This document shows positions 26,179-35,000 of a stretch of 64,000 nucleotides of DNA, piece after piece (positions within the stretch are counted from its first letter, which is position 1; each line of letters starts with the position of its first letter). This stretch comes from Camelus dromedarius (taxonomy: Eukaryota): assembly GCF_036321535.1 (NCBI RefSeq), contig NC_087447.1, positions 45,818,001 to 45,882,000 of the forward strand, given 5' to 3'. The position numbers and the translations under genes were made by a program. The notes beneath the pieces are model-generated. The model was not told the origin of the DNA. It saw only the letters and a list, made by a program, of their open reading frames with translations, and did not search any database.

Positions 26179-27029
26179 TGTTATAAAAAAAATTAATACA
26201 GAAAATGCAATTGAATAAAGTTGGGAGACCAGAAGGAGGAGCTCTCACCCCTTGCAATAATAGCAAAGCCCAAGAAGAAGAAGAAAGACTCCTCTCCTTT
26301 CCTGACAATGACTCAGTCAGTGAAAAGACATGAACTCTGTTTACCATGGCTTCCCAATTTCCTTTTTCTCTCTATAAAAGCACTTTTCTTTCCTTACCTT
26401 ATGGGGACTTGCACATGGCTCACCATGGTTGCAAGACCCCAAATTGCAATTCCCTGCTGATCCCGAATAAACCCATCTTTGCTGGAAGACTAGCTGGCTG
26501 ACTATTTATTTCAGGTTGTCAACTGAAAAAATATACACAACCTAAAAGTTAAGAGTTATGTTTTATTTGGCGGACTTTCAGAGGACTCAAGCCCGGGAGG
26601 CAGCCTCTCAGATAGCTCTGAGATACTGCTCCAAAGAAGCAGGGGAGGAGCCAGGCTATATAGGAGTTTTGCCACAAAGGCCAGGTAATCAGAGCATCAA
26701 AAGGTTACTGTTAATTAAAGAAAACCAGACATCTCAAATTAAGGAATTTAGTGCTTTTCTATGTATGGGAATGTGCAAAAGTCTTGGCTTCTTGAAATCA
26801 TTCCTTTGATGTACACCTTAGCTATCTAGGGCCAGTATCCTCTTCTTTCCCATCCTGAGTTCCCTCAGTAGGTGGCTGCAGAGGCTGCCTTCTGGGCTGC
26901 CTGCTTACCTCCATCCTGAGTCCACTCCCGTCACTGTCGGGGGCAGTGTTAGTGGCTGATGACTTGATGGCCACAGCATCCTTTGTTTACTGAAATGGCT
27001 GGCAATATTTTTCATTCACAAAGTCAACA
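26179..27029 (+). mobile_element. ERV1-type LTR (family A), interrupted near its 3' end by a family-B LTR
   Basis: TATA-like ctataaaag and AATAAA (26467). The end tatttatttcaggt...caaca is split at 26516/27021. Confidence 0.65.
26517..27020 (-). mobile_element. Solo ERV1-type LTR (family B, copy 1)
   Basis: TG...CA termini, 4-bp flanks aggt/aagt, homologous to 28068-28543 and 29441-29865. Confidence 0.8.
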
Positions 27030-27522
27030 GTTAAGAGAGAATATATATCTTACATTAGATTTGTTCTTAAGTATTTGATATTAATTTATGCTTATGTGAC
27101 TAGCATTTACAAATTATCTAAATCTTTGGTCCTGATATATAAAAATGAAATCAATTTATATTTGGTCTTTTTTTTCTGAAAAACTTTTAAGCTTATATTT
27201 ATTTCTATTAAGTAATCTATATAATCTTTATTCCTTACTTTGTACTAATCACACTTTTATTAGTAATGTCAACTTCTCTCTCCCTTATTTCCAATCATTA
27301 TATCTTTTATTATATTTATTGACATTTTGTGCCAGTCTCAGCCTATTGATAACCAATGTTGTGGCTGGACCAGCCCTTGTGATTCTTACTTCAGTTAGAA
27401 AATATCTTCAGGAGACTTTGGGGGAAAAAAACAGGTTTATTACTAGAAGTTCTGTGTTGGGGAGGAAGAAATTATGAAATTTTAACTTTTAGACTGTGAC
27501 TGTGCACTTATTTCAGTTGACA

Positions 27523-28067
27523 AGGGGAGCAAAATTTGCCACCCCAAAATGTGTCTCTTTGGCAAGAGGATTAATTTAGGCTGATTATTTTTAAGAAACA
27601 GAAGATTCAGGAAACCTTTCTTTTTAACTCCTCCTTAGCTACCTATAGAATTTAGATAAAGGGCCAGTTCCTGGCTCTCACCAGAGATACATGCAAAGAA
27701 TATGGGCTAGGTGTGGTGTGGGAAACTCTAGGCAGGTCCTCAAGATCAAAATCAACTCTGTGTCTCATTGTCTCTGCACAGCACTGTAAACATTTGTTTA
27801 CCAAATATTTGCTTTTCCACCCCCTTGTGAATTGCCTCCCTCCCCTTTGAAGTCCCAGAAAACTACTCCCAACCTCCTCTTTTGTCTTTAGCTTAAGATA
27901 GTAAGGAGGGGGTTTTGGCCATTTTCGTGAGTTAATCAGTTTTCCTGGGTCTCTAGCGTGTATACATGTTATTAAACTTTCGTCTGACGTTCTCCCATTA
28001 ATCTGTCTCATATCAATTTAATTCTTAGACCAGCCAGAAAAACCTAGAGAAGGGTAGAGGAACATTT
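27523..28067 (+). mobile_element. ERV1-type LTR (family C)
   Basis: ggagcaaaatttgccaccccaaaatgtgtctctttggc start; ATTAAA then gttctcccattaatctgtctcatatcaatttaattcttagaccagcc. Related to 34852-35391. Confidence 0.75.
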
Positions 28068-29000
28068 TGTCGACTGAAATAAATGTGCAGCCTAAAAGTT
28101 GAGAGTTTTGTTTTATTTGGCGAGAGGACTTGAGCTGGGATGACAGCCTCTCAGATGACTCTGAGGGACTGCTCCGAAGAGGTAGGGGAGGAGCTAGGAT
28201 ATATAGGAGCTTTACAACAAAGACCAGGTAGTTGAAACAATAAAGATTACTTATTATTTAAAGAAAACCAGGCATCAAGTTAAAGAATTTGGTGCTTTTC
28301 TGTGTCTGGGAGGAAGCAAACATTTGGGCTCATTGAATTCATTCCTTTGACAAGCACCTAGCTATCTAGCACCAGTATCCTGTCCTTTCTTATTCTGAGT
28401 CCCCTCAGGGTGCACCTTTGTGAGTGGCTGCAGATGCTGGGCTGCAGGCTAGTCTTCACTCGGGGGTGGCGGCAGCTGCTGCTGACTTGATGGCTTCAGC
28501 ATTCTTTGTTTACTGATATGGTTTGCAGTATTTTTTGTTCACACCCTCCGCCTGGAAATTACAGGGCAGGCTGTGAGCCAAAGAGTAGGTTAAGAATAGA
28601 GAGAAAGAGAGAGAGAGACTGTGAGCTCACTCAGGCCTGAGGTTCTGCTTTTATTGTGATCAAGGGTGGGATTTAGCATTTGGGGGGCTCACGCTATTGG
28701 TCAATTTAAAACAAGAGCAGAAATTTAAAGTATGAGAAGAGAAAAAACAAGTGGCCCAAAGGGTCAGTTATCTAGGGAGTTTGGTATGTGTGTGGTGAGT
28801 GGGTAGAGTGGTGGCCTGGCTCTTCAATTAGTCCAGTACTCAGCTTTGTGTTTATTTGAGATAGCTATTTTTGAAGCAGATTCCTCTTTGAAATAGATGC
28901 CTCTAGGCAATCAAAGCTTAAGTTAGGTATTTGCATTACAAAAACAAACAAACAAAAAACCTACCTGTCAGGGCTTACACTACAGTTGATTTGTGGCCCT
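28068..29000 (-). mobile_element. Proviral remnant: 3' LTR (family B copy 2, 28068-28543) plus polypurine tract and about 450 bp of putative internal sequence
   Basis: On the minus strand, purine-rich aggcggaggg abuts TGTGAAC at the LTR start. No TSD is found around the LTR alone. Confidence 0.6.
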
Positions 29001-29440
29001 TTTTAAGGCTTCTAGTGCAGTTTGGGGTAGAAATGATGAGAGTTATGTTATTTTCTCTTTGTAAATAGGTAATACTCTCAACATTTCATCTTTAAAGTAT
29101 GTTTGCTAGGATTTTTTGTAATTACCTTTATCAGAGAACATGATTACTTTCTATTCGTTAAGTGTTTTATCAAGAATAGATGCTGGATTTCATAAAATTA
29201 TTTTCTGTGTCCATGAGGTTTATGACTTATGATCCATATGATTTTCCTTTAATATCCTATTAATATGATTAATTATATTGATTGATTTTTAAATATCAAC
29301 TTTACATTTCCAGAATAGATCCAGGTGGAATCTGTCACTTTATTTTCCTTTATTTATTGCCAGATTTGATCTAATATTTCATCCAGGATTTTTACATCGA
29401 TGTTAACGAGAATGACCTAAAATTTTCCTTACTTATAATG

Positions 29441-29865
29441 TATAAATGAAAAATGTTACCTGCCATATCAATGAACAAAAGATGTTGCAGCCATCAAACT
29501 AGTACAGCCACCCTGATGGTGAGCCCTGAGGGAACTCAGAATGGGAAGGAACAGGGTACTGGCCCTAGATAGCGAAGGTGCACATCACAGGAATGATTTC
29601 AGTGAACTCAGACTTTTGCATTTTTCCATACATAGAATATTATTAAATTCCTTACCTTGAGATATCTGGTTTTCTTTAATTAACAGTAATCTTTTGATGT
29701 TCCAACTACCTGGTCTTTGTTGCAAAAACCCCTAAATATCCTGGTTCCTTCCCTTATCCTCAGAGCTATCTGAGAGACTTTCTTTCAGGCTTAAAGTCCT
29801 CAGAAAGTCTGCTGAGTAAAACATAATTCTCAACTCAGGTTGTGCATTTGTTTTTTCAGTTGACA
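29441..29865 (+). mobile_element. Solo ERV1-type LTR (family B, copy 3) with perfect 4-bp TSD
   Basis: tataaatgaaaaatg...ttcagttgaca, flanked by aatg (29437-29440) and aatg (29866-29869). Confidence 0.85.
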
Positions 29866-30399
29866 AATGTCTTTCTCACGCTTTGCTATAAGATTATGAG
29901 GAGCTTAAAAAATAACTTAGGAAAAAATTTTTTTCCAACCAGAAGATTTTCATATGGTTTGCAGGTTTATTTATTAAATGACTATCTATATAGTATATTA
30001 TCAAGGAATAGTTTTGAATTATAGTTTTGATAGATAATAGTTAAAGGACAATTCAGATTTTCTTATTTGTCAGTCTTTAAATGACTTGTGGCAACATCTA
30101 ATTATAAATTTTATTTCCAAACATTTATAGGACTACTTGGATTTTCTATTTCTCCCCTTTGCCTAGTTTTGTAAGTTGTGTTTATCTAAGAATGTGTATT
30201 TTGGATAAACATATTTGTATTTATTGGTTATATATTACTCACTATGTATCTTTATGATTTTTCAATGTCTTCAGAAGTGTCAAGATACTGCCTTTTTTCA
30301 TTACTGATGTTGGTTTTATATGCAATCTATCTTTTACACTTGCTAGTCATGCAGTAGATAAATAATGTCATTGACCTTTCAAAAGTCATTTTCTGGGTA

Positions 30400-30700
30400 C
30401 ACCAGAAGTAGAGACTAAGGCAGAATTTGGGATGGAAAGTATTTATTAGGAATCAACACCTGTGAGGGGAAGAGAGAAAGCAGAATTTGGCAAAGAGAAA
30501 AGTGAACTGCAACACAGACCTGACAAAATCTTGGCCAACACCGGGGACTCTCTGCAATATGACTCCAAAGAATTGCCCACATCAGGTGGAAGTGGCGAAC
30601 AAACACATTCCAGATTCACTCATTCATCCAATGTGGGGAGCCCTAAGAAGTGTGTGACCTCAGGGAAAAGGCTTTCTGAAACTAAGGCAAATCATAGGAC
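30400..30700 (-). mobile_element. Ancient ERVL LTR fragment (LTR16/LTR33-like)
   Basis: ccagaagtagagactaaggcagaattt...atttattaggaatcaacacctgtgag resembles these families as recalled. Confidence 0.55.
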
Positions 30701-31439
30701 TCTGTTCATGTCATATCCCTTAACTCAAAAGGTTCACGCCAATTTTACTCACTTCTCTCTCACCTACTTTCTTCCAGTTGCTCTTTGAAATGCAACATTA
30801 TTTTATGCAACTAATTTGAGATTTTCAAAAATCATTCCCAAATACTCTTTATATTTTCAGAAATATATATGCATACATCCTAATATATTAGCTATTTTCT
30901 CTTTTATAATGAAAACACTGATATTAAAACACTTTTTAGGAAATCTTCTTTTTATATGACTTCTTTTTTTCTGCCCTTTTTTAGCCCTATTAGTGCAATC
31001 TTTCCTAACCCATTTCTGAAATGATGTCTGTAATGTACTAGCCTGACTTTCCTAGGCAGATGTCTTTACTTCAGCTTACCACTCAGAACTCAGTTTCCTC
31101 ATTTCAGGTTTTTCATTACCAAGGGGATGTTGTGTAAGGCAGAACAGCCCCTTCTTTAGAAAGTTCCCCTAATGTGTCTTGATTCTAAAAAAGGAAAATA
31201 AATGCTTATGTCTGGCTGAGTGGACTCATCTTAATTAATACATTGTATAGCTCCTCCTGGCTTCTACTGTATCTGATGACATGCTGCTGCCTACCCATTC
31301 CAAACTCTCCATCTGGGGTTTCTTCCTTTAAATGCAGTCAGTGGGATGTGGACTTAGTACATATTTTTATCTAATATCTCAACAACAATATTAATAATAA
31401 CAAAAAATTGTGTTACCAAGCTTTGATTAATGATGTTTA

Positions 31440-31550
31440 CATTCATTATATCATTTAGCCCTAGAAATTATTGCAATTATTTAGCAAAAGTGAAATTGAG
31501 TCAAAAAGAGGTTAAATAACTTGCCCAAAGTCTCAGAGCTAATAAGGGAT
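31440..31550. mobile_element. MIR SINE fragment
   Basis: gaaattgagtcaaaaagaggttaaataacttgcccaaagtctcagagctaataag MIR core. Confidence 0.75.
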
Positions 31551-31815
31551 AAGCCACCATCCTAAGCTGGTCTCTGTAGCTATATCTTCAACAGCATAAA
31601 CAACGTTCCGCAAACTCTACCCATGCACTAACATACTAAAAATCTATTCCTGATCTTATTTTTTTTTTCCTTTTCAGCTAATTCAAGAGTTCCATGGCAC
31701 CTCTGCTAGAATTTTCTACTTTACTATACCATTCTCTCACCCTGCTTTCAGTGACTGATTACCAAATGTTGAGACATCCAAATTGTAAGCACACAATTTC
31801 ACTTTTAAAAATAGG

Positions 31816-31821
31816 TTTATT
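31816..31821 (-). terminator. MMP26: MMP26 polyadenylation signal AATAAA
   Basis: TTTATT on the plus strand, about 160 nt past the MMP26 stop codon. Confidence 0.75.
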
Positions 31822-31981
31822 GTGATCTGGAAGTGTTCTGAATTTTGACTCAGCTGCCCTAAGTTCCATTCCTTTGGGGCTCATTCGATTGGTCTCAGAG
31901 GTGGATTTAGTGCTTTGAGTTCTTAGATCCTCCAGTGAAGCCACTGAAAGGCCAGATTGAATGATTTCTTCTGTGCCAGCA

Positions 31982-32010
31982 TTAGGGCTTTTTAGATGAA
32001 CATCTTTCTC
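31982..32010 (-). CDS. MMP26: MMP26 exon 6 coding part GERCSSKKP*
   Basis: Acceptor tccccataag|GA after a 78-nt intron; similar to recalled human GEKCSSDIP*. Confidence 0.88.
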
Positions 32011-35000
32011 CTTATGGGGACAGAAGAAAACAGTAAACTCCAAGTGGAATTTCCTGCCCAGATCCCCGCCCTTTCGGCAGGCACAGACCATAGAGTTGCT
32101 GGATTCTTTGGATATCGTCAACACCAAGGTGGAAGGTTCTAAGGTCCCGATACATGTATCTGGGGTACATTATGGAGTTCCAATTCCTGGAGTGCTGCAG
32201 GCCCAGAGAGTGACCTAGCTCATGAATGGCAACCAGGAACAGATTAAATCCTGAAAAGGAACAGACAAAAGGATAAAAATTATATATGCATAGGAAAGGC
32301 AGAAAGTCTGTAAAAAAAAAAAAAAAAAAAGGAAGAAAAAAGAGAACAGAAAAGGAAGAAAGAGCAAATGTAAGAGAGCAAAGAGAGGTGGACAGAATCT
32401 AGGTGAGAAACAAAATGGCAAATTAAAATGAACAAACTGGAAGTGAACAGAAGTTGAGAGAATGATAAATGGAAACAAAGGGATAAGAGAGAGAATGCAC
32501 AATATGATGATGTTTATCATAGAAGTATCTTTGTTCAGAAGTGATCCCACCTCCCCCCACTCATTAGAAGACCCAATTCCTCAGCTAAATCATCCCGCCT
32601 CACCCTGGCCACTCTGAATCCTGCCTTCTACCTTCTTCACAATATGCTAGGCCCAAATGGAGACCATCAATACCAACCCCCAAGCTCCCGGAGAGTTCTA
32701 GCACTCCCACCAGTTCAGGTCTTTACCTCTGTATGAAGTCGACCAGTGTTCTCCCTTGTCAAAGTGGATAGTTCCTGCAGCTCCAGAATTTGGTAAAAAG
32801 GCATGGCCTAAGACACCACCTGGCCCATCAAATGGACAACCATCTCCATGGGCTGTGAACGACAGAAACTATTGCCACAATAGGGTTTCGCGGGCAAGGG
32901 CAGGAATGGTCTTAGGTAAGCCTCAGTGCCTCAGTGCCTCATGCACGCTGCAACTGCTACTGCTGGAGAGGTGAGAGGGCTGAGGCACCATCTATGTAGA
33001 AAAATAGGATGGGGCCAAAAATCTAGCTACTCCCTATCTTCTGTGGCAAAAAAAAAAGAAAAGAAAGGTGGAAGAGACTGAGTGAAGGTTGTATGTTAAA
33101 CACAAAGATCTCTTCCCAAAATGGAGGAAAAGAGGGGAAGGGAACTTAGGCACTGCAGGCTTTCATAAATAGGTTTGATCAACTCAGTAGAATTTCAACA
33201 GATTTGAGAGCCACACAACTCTCTTTTGACAGGAGAATGTGCAATAGGCTTTCCCTCACTTTATTCACACAACAGTGCATCCTCCAGTCCCCTATCTACT
33301 ACCTCATTGTTCCAAAAATATCTTTCCTGGTATAGGTTTATTGATTTCCATTAGGGTTTTGCCTTCCTTTTTTCTCAGCAGCTAGATTAGGCGGACTAGG
33401 TTTTTGTTTCAGAACTGAGACCATTTGCCTTTTACATGGGACACCATACCCTCCCTCCCATGTTATTTTCTAACCCAGCTCCCAGAAAGAAATCTTGATG
33501 TCTGCATCTTCACTCTCCACTTGCTGGAAGATCAAGGGGGTCACATTGCTCCAAATGGAAACTGCATCATGTATAATGTTTTTCACTGTGGATTGCTTCA
33601 GATCATTTGGGTAATTGATAATCCTGAAAGAAGAAATCTTTAAGTAGAACAGCTCAAAGGTATAGGAATAATCCAGCTCTAAAAAGGCATGACTCTGCTT
33701 TGGAGAAAATCACTTAATACTTTGGGGCCTTATTTTACTATCCGAAAAGAGAATAAACCCCAGACAAACTGAATCAAAAGCCCAGGAAATTAAACCTGCA
33801 AAATACAGATGTTTAAGAATTTTTACAAATTCTCCACATTGTTCTTATCTACACTAAGTCCTGAGAATGACAGCCCTATAGGGTAATTGTGAGGAAAAAA
33901 ATCATGATGGACTCCATTGAAATGTATGGCATTTCATATAGTTTAGTATTGCTTTGTTTTGGCTATCCCTAATAGCCAAAATGCTTAGGATCCCCAGTAG
34001 AATAAGTAACATGGATGTGGAGCAAAAATACATCAAATTATATCTTAACACCCCCCTCCCCCTCCCCACCCCCACCACTTACACACAGGGGGATAAAAGT
34101 ATGTTTAGTTAAGGGAAGAATGATAGGTTCACAGCCAAAGAATAGTAGTTAGGCTCCACTTCCAAAAGAGATGATCTGGGGAAGCTAGAATGAGAACTGA
34201 GAGAATTGCCTTTTCTGAGGAAGACTGGGGCTTTGGAGAGACTGCCAGCGAAAGCAGAAGACAGTAGAGGTGCCTCCAGGAGGGACATTGCAGGCAGTCA
34301 CCCCGCTCATCCCTCCAGGCCGTAACCACAAGCACCTGTAGGTCAGAGTGTGCTTATTCCATTTAGAACTTGCTGCAGAGGCGGAGTCGTGATCAACATC
34401 AGTAACTCCACAGCGGGGCTGGTGTAGCACAGTCAGCGTTTGCTCCTCCCTCAGGTTTGCCTCGTTCAGATGGAACTGCGGCAGGAGCTGTATCTTTTCC
34501 CCCTGGGTAAGGAGTGATGGTTCTTTCTTGGTCAAGAAAAACTGATGGAAATAGTCCTGGGTGGAAGATTGGGAATGAGGAGTACTTAGAGACAGCAAGG
34601 ACAGACTCACAGCATCAGTAGCCCAGGCATAGCCTCCTTTGAAGGCCTGGGAAGGATGGTGCTTTGTCTCTCTGGTCTTCTTAAATGTCTTATTCTCAGC
34701 TGAATGATGGCAATGATGCCCGATTCTCCTGTCACTCAGTAGGTAACATTAAACATGGGTGATAAAATTAAAATGGCCTGGATAACCCATTAAAACTTCT
34801 CTGAAAATAAAGCATTAAATTTTCAGAACAGAGAGGCCCAAAGGCAAAGGTTGTCAGGGTAGGGAAAAACTACCCCCCTCCCCATCTTGAGTTCCTATCG
34901 CTGGACTAATAATAAAATTAACACGAGACAGATTAACAGGAGAAAAAGAAATACATTCTAGTTCATGCACATGGGGTCCCATAGAAATGGAACTTAAGAA

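Larger units (their letters stand above)
25870..30390 (-). mobile_element. Old antisense L1 ORF2 remnant, split into pieces (about 25870-26170, 27030-27340, 29010-29440, 29866-30390) by LTR insertions
   Basis: T-rich antisense L1 phrases (gtattgaatctacagatcaattttggaagaattga; ttttccttacttataatg|tctttctcacgctttgctataagattatg). Confidence 0.65.

Noticed and set aside
31759-32127. 122-aa minus-strand ORF over the MMP26 3' end
   Set aside because: Different frame from exon 5, running through intron 5 and the 3'UTR, with no recognisable motif.
34185-34610. 141-aa ORF as a stand-alone protein
   Set aside because: Only 34336-34556 is MMP-like. The rest is intronic read-through beyond clear splice sites.
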